From Ranitomeya imitator (lineage: Eukaryota): 64,000 nucleotides of DNA. Location: positions 539,338,001 to 539,402,000 of the forward strand of contig NC_091283.1 of NCBI RefSeq assembly GCF_032444005.1, written 5' to 3'. Below are positions 46,684-59,009 of this stretch, piece by piece; the stretch's first letter is position 1; each line of letters opens with the position of its first letter. The notes under the pieces are model-generated. The model did not search any database. It was not told where the DNA came from and saw only the letters and a program-made list of their open reading frames with translations. A program made the translations under genes and the position numbers.

Positions 46684-48309
46684 TCATTCCACGCTCTCCT
46701 GTAAGTTCCTGCACATGTTCTGATTAAAGGCATATTATTTTGAAGGACCGGTGAGTGCTCTTTCTTTTATTCTTTTTTTTTGCTGGATTTGATATGTCCT
46801 TTGATGTCCCTGTACATCAAAAGGACAGGCCAGTGTTTTTGAAAGATGTCCCTGATATCGTGTGCTCCATTACAGTACCTAGTGATAAATCGAATAGTCA
46901 TGTCCCTCTCTGGCTTCTATTTGGGTGTTAGTAAATCTTTTCTTTCTCTCCTTACAGTTTCTTTATAGGCTCTTTTCAGTACTCCCTCGGGGTAACCTCT
47001 TTCAAGAAACCTGCCCCGAAGATTATTTGCTTGTTCCTGGAAGGAGCTCTGATTTGAACAGTTCCTCCAAATTCTCAAATACTGGCCCTTGGGAATCCCT
47101 CTTTTCAATGGGGCCAGATGATTACTTTCCCATCGAAGAAGGGAGTTAGTGGCCGTGTCTTTCCTATGGGTTTTGGTAGATATTGCCCCGTTGCTATCCC
47201 TTTCTATCCAAATATCCAAGAACGCCAATTTTGTTGGGCTGGCCTCATATGTAAAATGAAGGCCTATGTTGTTCACATTCAACCTATCTACAAAAATGCC
47301 AAATTCATCAATGCTCCCTCTCCAAATAACCAGCACATCATCAATGTACCGTAACCACAGTACTATCGTTTCATCTGGACCGGAGGCAGTGTCCCAAAAA
47401 ACAATTGTTTCCTCCCACCAGCCCAGGAGCAGATTTGCATATGAAGGCACACAGGAGCTGCCCATCGCGGTGCCCCTGAGCTGTTGGAAGTACTTCTGAT
47501 CAAATAAAAACACGTTCTTGGTGAGGCAAAATGCCAGGGCCTCTAAAACAAATTTGTTATATCTGTCATATTGTCTGCCCCTAGTACTGAGGAAATGGTT
47601 CACAGCCATCAGACCTTTGTCATGTGTGATGGAGGAGTATAGCGCCTCCACATCTATACTGGCTAATATCATGTCCTGTTCCAGATAGACCCCATCTAGT
47701 TTGCCCAAGAGGTCGGTGGTGTCCCGTACATAAGAATTTAGGGCATTCACAAAGGGTTTGAGTATTTTGTCTACATATACACCCAGTCTCTCTGTAAGAC
47801 TGTTATTACCTGAGACTATAGGTCTTCCTTTAAGGGGGTTCGTCCCCTTGTGTATTTTAGGGAGGCAGTAGAAAGTGGGGGTGACCGGATTTTTTGGTAG
47901 AAGAAAGTCTCTCTCCTCCTTCCCTACCACCCCGTCTACAAAGCCCTTAACGCACCCAAAAAGGGTCCCATTGGATTATGACTCAAAACCTTATATTAGT
48001 CTTTCCTGTCTAATAGTGAAAGGCACATGGACCGATAACACTGGGGAACACAATTTTTTAGGAGTTAGCTCAGACAACTGTTCTTAACTAATTTTTGGAT
48101 GCTGAATCAGTTTTTCTCTATCACGTCAAGTTTTTGAACTATAGGATTTTTGTCTTCTTAAAAATATGTAAACTACTGTACCTAAAAAGTGTTTTTTTTT
48201 AAATAGTACAAATGGGCATTTACGACGAGAGGAAGAAGGAGCAGACTTGATCTGAAACAAAGGAAATATGTACATATGTAAATAAAACACTGAGATGGAA
48301 AGTTACAAG

Positions 48310-49209
48310 CAGGGCCGGCTCCAGGTTTTTGAGGGCCCCGGGCGAAAGAGTCTCAGTGGGCCCCCCCCCCCCTCAGTGGGCCTAGCCAGTCTCCAGATCT
48401 CAACCCTATAGAAAACCTTTGGAGGGAGTTGAAAGTCCGTGTTGCCAAGCGAAAAGCCAAAAACATCACTACTCTAGAGGAGATCTGCATGGAGGAATGG
48501 GCCAACATACCAACAACAGTGTGTGGCAACCTTGTGAAGACTTACAGAAAACGTTTGACCTCTGTCATTGCCAACAAAGGATATATTACAAAGTATTGAG
48601 ATGAAATTTTGTTTCTGACCAAATACTTATTTTCCACCATAATATGCAAATAAATTGTTAAAAAAACAGACAATGTGATTTTCTGGATTTTTTTTCTCAG
48701 TTTGTCTCCCATAGTTGAGGTCTACCTATGATGTAAATTACAGACGCCTCTCATCTTTTTAAGTGGTGGAACTTGCACTATTGCTGACTGACTAAATACT
48801 TTTTTGCCCCACTGTACATATGTCAGCTGCAGCAGCCCAGCCCATGGCCGCCCCCCCAGGTCACCCAGACTGTCAGAATATACAGCGATATAGCATGGCA
48901 CTCACTCAGGTGCCGGTAGCAGCTCCTCCAGTCCGGAATCTGCCTGTGCCTGATTAGTTCAGCACTGCACACAGCCAGGAGAGCAGAGCAGGAGAACTCT
49001 CTGCCCACAATGTCACGCTGGCTGTGTCCTTAACCCCTATATGCCTGGCCCTGCACTGACTGAGAAGATGCTTGTGCCAGGCAGGGCAAATTGAAAGGGT
49101 AGAAAGGGTTAAAGCGGCCAGATGGATGTATGACTGCGTGAGTGGGCCCCCCTGTCTTGTCAGGGCCCCGGCACTTGCCCGGGTGCGCCGGGTGCTGACG
49201 CCGGCCCTG
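48310..49209. mobile_element. Non-autonomous hAT element
   Basis: TIR CAGGGCCGGC/GCCGGCCCTG; 8-bp TSD GTTACAAG. Confidence 0.93.
48379..48814 (+). pseudogene. Tc1 transposase C-terminus and right end
   Basis: [18 protein letters not shown]...[11 protein letters not shown]; ends ...GCCCCACTG|TA. Confidence 0.92.
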
Positions 49210-50108
49210 GTTACAAGCTTTGAAAACTAACAAAGAAAAAAATCATAAAAGATATATAAATTACAACTAAGCGCCCAATGTAAAGAGAAAAGCTATCACA
49301 AATCCTATTTATTCCTACTATGATAATTTTTTTGTGTAAAGATATTGATAATTATGACGTATTGGGAGCTGCACACACCTCTCACCACACTGTCTCAGTT
49401 GTGACTACTCTTACAAGTTGCCACGTAGCTCTATATGAGTCGAATTGTAATCAGATAACAAGTCTTATTACAGATATCAGTGCAATTGTGCTTCTCTGGC
49501 AGGTAAGTTGTGGAGGAAAAACTTGACGTGCTAGAAAAAAACTGACTACATTTTTGGAATCAGCATGCCAATTTTAGTATAAATCAGCTCAAAAACCTAA
49601 CTAAACAGAAATTTTTTTGCAAATTGTTCCCCAGTGTAATCAGTAGTGTCCATAACGACCACATTACCCCCTTTATCAGAGGGTTTTATTGTAATGCTGT
49701 GGTCTTTTTCAAGATTACATAGACATGCCATTTCACTTCTGGACAGGTTAAACCGTCTTCTCCTCTTCATTTCTGGCAATCTCATGATGTCCTCAGTAAC
49801 CAGGTTAAGGAAGATGTCAATGGAGCCAAGATCGCCCATTGGGGGGGGGGGGGGGGGGCATTTTGGAACTCTTATTTCTTAAATCTGTAAAGGGGCCAGT
49901 GCCATCCCGATTCGGAGTGGGATCACTCAGATGAAACAACAATTGCACATCTTGAAGCAAATAATCAGAAATGCCAAGTTCTGCACATTGTCTCTTATCC
50001 TCTTTCAGGAAGAATTTCTTCCATTTCAAACGTCTCACAAATAAGTTAAGATCCTTAATCACTTCAAAGATATCCATATCTGAGGTAGGAATGTACGAAA
50101 GACCCTTA

Positions 50109-50875
50109 GGGTACCGTCACACTATACGATTTACCTACGATGACGACCAGCGATATGACCTGGCCGTGATCGTAGGTAAATCGTAGTGTGGTCGCTGGGG
50201 AGCTGTCACACAGACAGCTCTCCAGCGACCAACGATGCCGAGGTCCCTGGGTAACCAGGGTAAACATCGGGTAACAAAGCGCAGGACCGCGCTTAGTAAC
50301 CCGATGTTTACCCTGGTTACAAGCGTAAAACTAAAAAAAAAAAAACAGCACATACTTACATTCTGGTGTCCGTCAGGTCCCTTGCAGTCTCTGCTTCCCG
50401 CACTGTGACTGCCGGCCGTAAAGTGAAAGTGAAAGCACAGCCGCTGTGCTCTGCTTTCACTTTACGGCCGGCAGTCACAGTGCTGGAAGCAGACGGCAAG
50501 GGACCTGACGGACACCAGAATGTAAGTATGTGCTGTTTGTTTTTTTTTAGTTTTACGCTTGTAACCAGGGTAAACATCGGGTTACTAAGCGCGGCCCTGC
50601 GCTTAGTTACCCGATGTTTACCCTGGTTACAAGCGAACGCATCGCTGGATCGCATCGCTAGATCGCTAGATCGGTGTCACACACATCGATCTAGCGATGA
50701 CAGCGGGAGATCCAGCGATGAAAGAAAGTTCCATACGATCTGCTACGACGTATGATTCTCAGCAGGATCCCTGATCGCTGCTGCGTGTCAGACACAGCGA
50801 TATCGTAACGATATCGCTGGAACGTCACGAATCGTACCGTCGTAGCGATCGAAATGGTATAGTGTGACGGTACCC
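50109..50875. mobile_element. Harbinger-like MITE
   Basis: TIR GGGTACCGTCACAC; TTA duplicated; removal restores LLSKGLSY in the host PLE. Confidence 0.88.
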
Positions 50876-51434
50876 TTACTCAATAGACGTGTCTCTTCTG
50901 TACTTAGGGGTCTAGATGATAAATTAATGACCTGTGTGTTTATGTTGGAGGATTGGTGCGATTTCTGAGGGGGTAGCTTAACTCTAAAAAACTGTTTTTT
51001 GGAGGTGATCTTTTGTTGCCGCCTCGCCCCCAGCTGTTACCCCTTCCTCATCCCCTTCCCCTACCTCTCTGTCCGCTTGGTCTAGTGTAACAATCTGAGA
51101 CCTCAGCCTCTGAAGAAGAAATATCCGTCTCAGTTCTTCGAGTGAATCTAGCTGTGGAAAAATGGTGCGCTTTGTTTTCTTTAAATTCTTGCAGATCTCT
51201 TATAAAAAATGTGTGTTTTTTTCCTTTTAAATGGTATTGAAATCTCTCTAAGGAATTTTGTAATTGTATTTCCTCTTTAGAGAAATCCGGTTCCGAGGAG
51301 AATTTTTTGATGACTTCTATTTGTTCCTTTAAGGAATCGTTTAGACTAGTCAAGTTCTGTTTTTCTTCCTCTAATAATAATCTCATTAATCTTAATGAGC
51401 TTTCTGTAGCTTCTTTTTCCCACTTAACTAGTAA

Positions 51435-52160
51435 AGGTACCTTCACACATAACGATTTCGTTAACGATATCGTTGCTTTTTGTGACGTAGCAACGATATC
51501 GTTAACGAACTCGTTATGCGTGACAGCGACCAACGATCAGGCCCCTGCTGGGAGATCGTTGGTCGCTGGGAATGATCAGGACCTTGTTTTTGGTCGCTGA
51601 TCACCTGCTGACATCGCTGAATCGGCGTGTGTGACGCCAATCCAGCGATGTCTTCACTGGTAACCAGGGTAAACAGCAGGTTACTAAGCGCAGGGCCGCA
51701 CTTAGTTACCCGATGTTTACCCTGGTTACCACTGTAAAAGTTTAAAAAAACAAACAGTACATACTTACTGTACATTCCGGTGTCTGTCCCCCGGCATCAG
51801 CTTCCCTGCACTGTCAGCGCCGGCCGGCCGTAAACCAGAGCACAGCGGTGACGTCACCGCTCTGCTTTACGGCCGGCTGAAGCTGACGGCGCGGGACAGA
51901 CACCGGAATGTAAGTATGTACTGTTTGTTTTTTTTAACTTTTACAATGGTAACCAGGGTAAACATCGGGTTACTAAGCGCGGCCCTGCGCTTAGTAACCC
52001 GATGTTTACCCTGGTTACCCGGGGACTTCGGCATCGTTGGTCGCTGGAGAGCTGTCTGTGTGACAGCTCTCCAGCGACCACACAACGACAAAACAGCGAC
52101 GCTGCAGCGATCGGCATCGTTGTCTATATCGCTGCCGCGTCGCTTAATGTGACGGTACCT
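51435..52160. mobile_element. Harbinger-like MITE, same family
   Basis: TIR AGGTACC(T/G)TCACA; TAA/TTA flanks; removal restores NPTLLVKWE. Confidence 0.85.
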
Positions 52161-52329
52161 TTAGGTTGGATTCTTATAGCGATACCCTGGTGCTAGTGTA
52201 ATTCTTTGGTGTCGAGGAACAATTCCCGACTTGATGTAGTTGTCCAAGCTCTGCACTTCCCACCAGGACGCTATTTGGTCTTTATATGTCTAAGTCAGTT
52301 CTTTGAAAGCTGCATTAAACGAATGGACA

Positions 52330-52920
52330 TATTTCTTTTGAGTGTAGGCTCTATCAGAAAAAACATCTTTAGCCTCTGAAAACCACTGATGAGTGTCAAT
52401 ACCCGTGGTGAGAAAACCTGCCATATCACTATCAACATATAAAGAGCTGGGTAACTAATCCAAAAGGAGTAATATACCTTTAGCAATTGGATGAAAATCT
52501 AAAACTTAACCTTTACTAGGTATAAATATAAAAATCAATTCAACTACAACACATAAAAAACAGAGGAAAGGGAGAGGACCCTTGTGCAATTGTGAACCCT
52601 ATATGCTTAGCTAGCAGCTCAAAGAGACAGTATACCGGGATATATGTATGAACCACATAAGAGTACCTCACTACTTCTATATGGCCAATTGACAGTTACA
52701 GGTATCTTTATATATTACAAAAGTACTGGTTGTTACACGTACTACCTATAGTGAAAATTTGGCATGTTTATTACATCTAGTATGGCATTTGCCACTAGAA
52801 TGAGCTACTAGCTAAGCATATATGGTCAACGGAATAGCGACCAATTAGCATTGTTTCCTGTTTTTCTTTCCTTCCCCATTTCTGTGTTGGTTAGGGTTCA
52901 CAATTGCACAGGGGTCAGTA
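52330..52920. repeat. PLE terminal repeat with internal inversion
   Basis: GGACCCTTGTGCAATTGTGAACCCTA (~52576) and its inverse (~52892); direct and inverted matches to 36825-37250. Confidence 0.65.
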
Positions 52921-53705
52921 GAAAACCAATGCCAATTATTTATTTCCTAGACTAATAAAAAACAGACAACAGTTCAGAAAAATTAGTTTATGGGCTTAGA
53001 AATGGCAGCTAGACAGCTGATGCCAGTTATCTATTTCACAGACTAGTGTAAAACAGACACCGGTCCAGAGTACACACAACAGCTTAAAGGACAGTACTCC
53101 TACAGGCGGCGAGTGCAGAGTACACACAGCAGTTCCAAGGATAGTGCTCCCACAGAAGAAGGGCATGCAGAGTACACACAGCGGCGTCAATGACAGTACT
53201 CCCATAGGTGAGGATGCAGAGTACACACAGCGGATATTAGTACAGTACTCTCACAGACGGGTTTGCAGAGTACATGCAGCAGCTTTTATCACAGTACTAG
53301 CACAGAACTAGCAGTACTAGCACAGATATAGGTTGCATAGTACACACAGCGTTTATTTTGCAGAGTGCACAGTCAGAATCTGTCCCACACTCCAGCTGCA
53401 TCCTATTCCAACACTAATGAGAGCATAATAGCGATGGGACTTGTGATCCCGCCTTTATATAGGCAGGATCAGGTGCTGCGCCAGACAATCACAGCGATGC
53501 AAATACTTTGATGGCTCTGGAAGTGCCCACAATCTAAGAACATGTTGATTGGCTCTGCTGCAGTCTTTCAACAAGCTTTATTAGACTGGCAAACCCTAAC
53601 AGGAAAATGGACATACAGTGAAAAGTCTGTGTTCAGGGTTGGGTACCAGACACTAGGTGTTCGGTGCGGCCCCCGAATTTTTCAGTTTGTGTTTGATCAT
53701 CCCAA
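52920..53705. mobile_element. hAT-type subterminal arrays and probable terminus
   Basis: GCAGAGTACACACAGC repeats; ends GTTTGATCATCCC. Confidence 0.5.
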
Positions 53706-53759
53706 ATTACAACAGAAAAGATATATATATATATATCTCTCGGTACTGTGTTAGCCCGT

Positions 53760-54755
53760 GGATAGAAAAATATTTAGAATTGAGAGTCCTCAGTGGTTGA
53801 TACCTTTTAATGGCTAACTGAAAAGATGGTAACAAATTGCAAGCTTTTGAGACTACTCAGGTCTTTTCATCAGGCATAAACGAAAAGAAATTCCGGAGAT
53901 TCACATATTTATGCACAACACATCACAGTAAAAAAAAAAAAAACATAGATAAGACAGGTGACACGAAGCAGAATTACCAAGAGTGATAAACAGTTATGTC
54001 CATAAATATTGGACCAGTTCTTAAATAAGGAATGTTTTATTGTTCTCTGATTGGGGTCTGGATTTGTTGTGATGACCCCACATGGTCTGAGAGGCAAATT
54101 CCTTAGTTCCTTAGTTGATGTAAAAAGACATAAATCCATGTGACACATTCATTCCTGCACTAAGAGTGTCAAAGATCATCATCAGCTTATATTCCCAAAC
54201 TCTTCTGTCTCTTTGAGATTTGAAGTTACCTTTTAACACAAGTAATTTCATGTCCATTATATTATGATTGGGGAGACAAAAATGTATTGCCACAGGTACA
54301 TCCATTCTTTTTTCTCTTATTGTATGGCGATGAGAGTTCATTCTTGTTCTCAGCTGATGATGATCTTTGACACTCTCAGTGCAAATCATGGCTTTATGTC
54401 TTTTACATCAACTAAGGAACTATGGAATTTGCCTCTCAGACCAATGTGGGGTCATCACAACAGAACCAGACCCCAATAAGAGGACAATAAAACATTCCTT
54501 ATCTAAGAACTGGTCCAATGTTTATGGACATAACTGTTTATAACTCATGGTAATTCTGCTTCATGTCACCTGTCTTATCTATGGCATTATTTCTGTGCTG
54601 TGTTGTGCATAAATATGCGATTCTCCAGAATTTATTTTAGTCTATGCCTGATGAAGAGACCTAAGTAGTCTCGAAAGCTTGCAATTTGTTACCATCTTTT
54701 CAGTTAGCCATTAAAAGGTATCAACCACTGAGGACTCTCAATTCTAAATATTTTT
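53760..54755. mobile_element. PLE 3' end (GIY-YIG C-terminus) with inverted terminal repeat
   Basis: LRTRMNSHRHTI...VAIHF...RRVWEYKLMMIFDTL...GMN on the minus strand (54111-54389); ~420-bp inverted copies 53770-54195 and 54350-54755. Confidence 0.88.
54645..54683 (+). ncRNA. Minimal hammerhead motif
   Basis: TGC-CTGATGA-A-GAGAC/GTCTC-GAAA-GC-TT-GCA with palindromic AGCT. The inverted copy at ~53837-53875 has GAAA mutated. Confidence 0.65.
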
Positions 54756-56804
54756 CCCCGAATTACAACACATTTAAACAAGTCTATTAAACGGTGTGCA
54801 ATTTTTTGTCAAGGGAGTATTTTGACCAAATTATTATTATTATTTTTATACAGAAGTCAAAATGTGTTAATTGTCTTACAGAGGAGAGGGAAGCATCAGT
54901 CTTACTACTTATTATTAAGATATTGGGAGTTGAGAAAAAAGATTCACATTAACTGCTGAAGATTTGAGGAAAATCAAACATGAAGTGACCAAGAAGCCAT
55001 TACCCTCCTGTGTTGTCATATTCCTAAACTACAAACTTCCCGGAGTGCCGGGAAGTTTAAGGTGTTCAGTACTTAGAAACTTGGCTAAGGTAAGGAAGGC
55101 TGAAACCCGACCACCTCTGAAATAGGCACTGAGGAGGAAAACTTTATTTCAAAAGTGTTATGTATCAATGAGATAAGAGTGACTCTTTACAGACCAGATG
55201 TTCTTGGCTCTTGGCTGGTTCAGTAATGGGCACAAACCTCCACTTTGACTAAGACACTAGCAAGGTGGAGGTGGGCTACTGCCAGGTACGGACTGGGACT
55301 GAAATTCAGCCCTAGCATTTAAAATCACTCAGGCCCATGCTGTCTCGATCTCCAAGCACCAGATGGAATATCTTACTAATATTACCCTGGATGGTGGAAA
55401 GCAAGATTTCCTACAAGACCAAAATTTCTTTTTTTTAATCAAGTACTTTTTATTAAGGCATATATCCAAAATGTAATACAGTCTGACACAAACTTCAGAC
55501 AGATGCCAAAATTACAAAGCAGATTGATACATTTTCATTTAACATGAACTATGCCCTTTACCCAGTACCCCACCCCTTCTCCCTCCCTACCTCCCCCCTA
55601 AACCCATACCAATATCCTTTATTGTCAAACTAGTACATCTCCTCTTGATAAATGTATACACCTCTTTACAAAAGCTCAGCTGTACAAGTACAATTTCTGC
55701 GGAGCTAATTAACCGACTCCCAACCTACTCTGCAATAGATCAACAGATGCCACACACGGACAATCCATCCATCCGCCCCTCACATTTTCAAATTTTGTAT
55801 GTTGACCGCTCTTAATGTAAATATTCTTTTCAATGAGGACAATAAAGTTTAATTTATTCACAAACTCTTTTTTGACTGGTGCTTTTTCATCTAACCAATG
55901 CATCACAATAAGCTTCCTAGCAGCATATAGCAATCTTGCAATAGCCAGTTTCCCACATTCATCCGTAGCAATATCATCCATACAACTCAAGAGGCAAGTC
56001 AGCGGGTTACGCACAATATTTATCCCCATCACTTCTTGAATCAGACTGAGCACTTTTACCCAAAAGGGCTGATGGCGAGAACACGACCACATCATGTGTA
56101 GAAGGTCGGCTCCTTCCTCACAACACCTTGGACATTTTTAGTCTCCTCTCAGACCTGCCTTCATCATCCATAACGGGGTCCTGTAAACTCTATAGACTAA
56201 ATATAACTGTGACTCCCTTTTGGCTTCACTTAAAGAAACCTTGGGAATATATTGTAATATTGACTCCCACTGAGACTCCGATAAAGGACCCAGATCTGCC
56301 ATGCGTTTCTCACTCAACATTAACGGATGTCTCAGTAAAAAAAAAGTGTCCAACAGGCCCCTGTACATCAAGGTGATGAACCCCTTTGAATTGCTCCGAG
56401 GTCCTATGAGATTCAACAAACTATCTGACTGCAAAACCACACATGACACTTCGTTTTGTTTATTTAGGGCATGTCTCAGCTGCAGATACTGGAAAAACAT
56501 CTTCTGGCTCAGAGGAAACTCATTCCTGAGCATTTCAAACGTTTTAATAATGCCAACATTGAACAACTGAGACACTAACCAAATGCCAATATGCCTCCAC
56601 TGACCAACCCCCCGCAATCTCATGAGCTCTGTCATTCTAGGGTCAAACCAAATCGACACATAGCGCATAAATTCTGTCACCCCCTCCACTGTTTAATTTC
56701 CTGACAAACTTTCCCCATCATAACTATGGTTAGGAATTTTTCTTGGTTCAATCTAAATCTACCCACTTCCAAACTGATAACAATGGACCCTTTCCCACTA
56801 TAAA

Positions 56805-57518
56805 TGTTAGGTGTCGAGTTCCCGCCGCTGCACAGGATGAATCTCGAACCATGTCTGCTGCAGTCTCCCATTCTACATCGGCAGCAGTGGAGCCTGCTCC
56901 CAGCGTCTGTCTCAGCCTGATATGTGCGAAGGGTTACTGCTGCCTTTCCAGGCTCTCCCTTTGTAGCCAGCACTGGTCAGCGGCGAGCAGGCTTTTCTGG
57001 GACTAAGTCCTGCTTTGCACACACTGAGCATGCCCACGGGAGGACCTCTCATTGGAGGTCGGGGTCACATGCTCAGGCCCTGCAGCAGCTCCTATTGGTC
57101 CTTCAGGAAAGAGCTGCAACTATAAAAGGTTTGCATGGCCGCACGACCATGCGCTAGTTTCAAATGTATTTAGCTTATGCCAGTGGATACTTTACCACTC
57201 TTTATATATATATGTGGTGTGAGACTGTAGCGCTGGGACTGTACACTCAGGCAGGCAGTTAGCGTCAGTGGGGGCAATTAGCCGTTGGCTTGCTTGCAAG
57301 CACAACCCTAGTTAGGGCAATAGTTTTTGAGTATAGCGCGACTCTGTGCCGCAACAGAGATGGCTTTCAGTTCACACAGGGTGAAGCTTAACCCATGTGT
57401 GAGCCCAGATGTTATCTGCCATTACTTTGCAGCAGATATCTCTGCACGGTGGACCCCAGGCTGCAAACGCACCTTGTTGCTTCCTACCTATACTCGGTGC
57501 GTTCCGCTAGTCCTAACA
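56805..57518. mobile_element. Solo LTR (714 bp)
   Basis: TGTTAGG...CCTAACA; TATAAAA at ~57121; flanks ATAAA/ATATA. Confidence 0.82.
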
Positions 57519-57906
57519 ATATATTCAGTGATGAGTATAATCTAACCTCTTTTTGTCATCTTTTAGGATACATTGGGGGCTTATCTACAGCATTACAGAA
57601 TGCTGTAGATAAGCCCCTGATGCTGGTGGGCTTAGCTCACCTTCGATTTTGGGGGTGACAGGTTCCCTTTAATAGATAGTCCCAAAAGAGCTCCAAATTT
57701 AGTAATGCTATGCATAGCCACCCTCAGAGACTCATGTGCATCTCCCAGAAATAATAATACATCATCCACATACAGGGCTATCTTCTCTTCATGACTTCCA
57801 TATCTATATCCCTTTATACCCCTATCCTCCATATCTCCGCCAAAGGCTCTATAGCAATCTCAAACAGCAGAGGAGGCAAAGGGCACCCCTGCTGCGTTCT
57901 CTAGGA

Positions 57907-58068
57907 CAGGGGTCCCCAACTCCAGTCCTCAAGGCCCACCAACAGGTCATGTTTTCAGGATTTCCTTTGCATTGCACAGGTGATGCAATTATTACCTGGG
58001 CAAGACTAAGGAAATCCTGAAAACATGACATGTTGGTGGGCCTTGAGGACTGGAGTTGGGGACCCCTG
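57907..58068. mobile_element. Palindromic hAT MITE (162 bp)
   Basis: CAGGGGTCCCCAACTCCAGTCCTCAAGG inverted ends; 8-bp TSD CTCTAGGA. Confidence 0.95.
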
Positions 58069-58479
58069 CTCTAGGAGACGCGTATAACAGCTGTACCCAA
58101 CTTATGAATTTTCCAGCAAAACCCATAGCCTTCAGGACCACCCACAAATACGTCCACTCCACACTCTCAAACGCCTTAGCAGCGTCCAGAGATACCACAA
58201 CCCTCCGGCCCACATTATCCGCTGGAAGACCAAAATTTCTAATGATTCCCATGGTCTGCTGGGGTAAATGACAGAGTCAGTGACCTTGTGCTCTGTCACA
58301 ACTCTTAACAGTATGGGTGTCTTGAGAACACCGATTCTGTTAACAAGGTAGAAGACAAGGCGGCCCACAGCCAGACAGGCCCTTCTGGCATTTTCCAGAA
58401 TTGCCAGATGGCCAGTCCAGCCCTGAGTACTGCTGTGGTCTGTTATAATTAAAGATGAGCTAGTTGGACCTTATTGAGT

Positions 58480-58961
58480 TTTGAAAACAGAAAACAGTTG
58501 GCATCATTCCAGAAAACCAAGATTTTTATGCAAGACAATGCTTCATCACATACATCAAAGTCTCCACTGCTTGGCTGCCAGTAAAGGCCTTAAAGAAGAA
58601 AGAATAATGATCTGGCCCCATCATAACCTGCCCTAAACACTACAAAGTGTACACTTCTTTCAACAGCGTCTGCGCAGCTGTGGTTACTGCTGCCCAAAAC
58701 GTCTATTGTCCTATAGATTAAGAAAATGACAAACTCCATTTATGGAATTCTTATGACTGTTTTTGATAAGAAGGGCAGTTATATCGGTCACTGTTTTTTG
58801 TCAAAACATCAGAAATGTATTTTTTTACATTTTAAGTTTGGTTATTTTTCTCATTTTAACAGATGAAAATAAACAATTAAGATGGGAAAATTTACATTTT
58901 TCATTTACTTACATAATAATTCTGATCACTATAGTTTCCTTATTAAACTGCACACCTACTG
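58480..58961 (+). pseudogene. Tc1 remnant
   Basis: MQDNASSHTSK motif; ends ...CACACCTACTG|TA. Confidence 0.7.
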
Positions 58962-59009
58962 TATATATTCTTCAAACAAAAAATCAAAACATCACTTTTA
59001 CTTTCTTAA

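Larger units (their letters stand above)
48039..49636. mobile_element. Non-autonomous DNA transposon with CACTG termini and 3-bp TAA TSD
   Basis: 12-bp TIR CACTGGGGAACA; TAA at 48036-48038 and 49637-49639. Removing it restores MDTTDYRSMCLSLL in the host PLE. Confidence 0.88.
46917..52330 (-). pseudogene. Penelope-like element ORF (N-terminal region and RT), interrupted, GIY-YIG end missing
   Basis: WWEVQSLDNYIKSGIVP; LLSKGLSYIPT; IKPSDKGGNVVVMD; TPTFYCLPKIHK...GRPIVSG; DVEALYSSI; GTAMGSSCVPSYANL; WLRYIDD. Confidence 0.92.
55430..58255 (-). pseudogene. 5'-truncated L1 ORF2 remnant
   Basis: SLDAAKAFESVEW; QGCPL; LYVDDVLLFL; C-terminal HMMWSC; AATAAA and A-tail near 55430-55455. Confidence 0.9.
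55283..58425. mobile_element. Non-autonomous hAT element hosting the L1 remnant
   Basis: Ends CAGGTACGGACTGG and CCAGTCCAGCCCTG; flanks GCTACTGC/AGTACTGC match 6 of 8. Confidence 0.65.
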
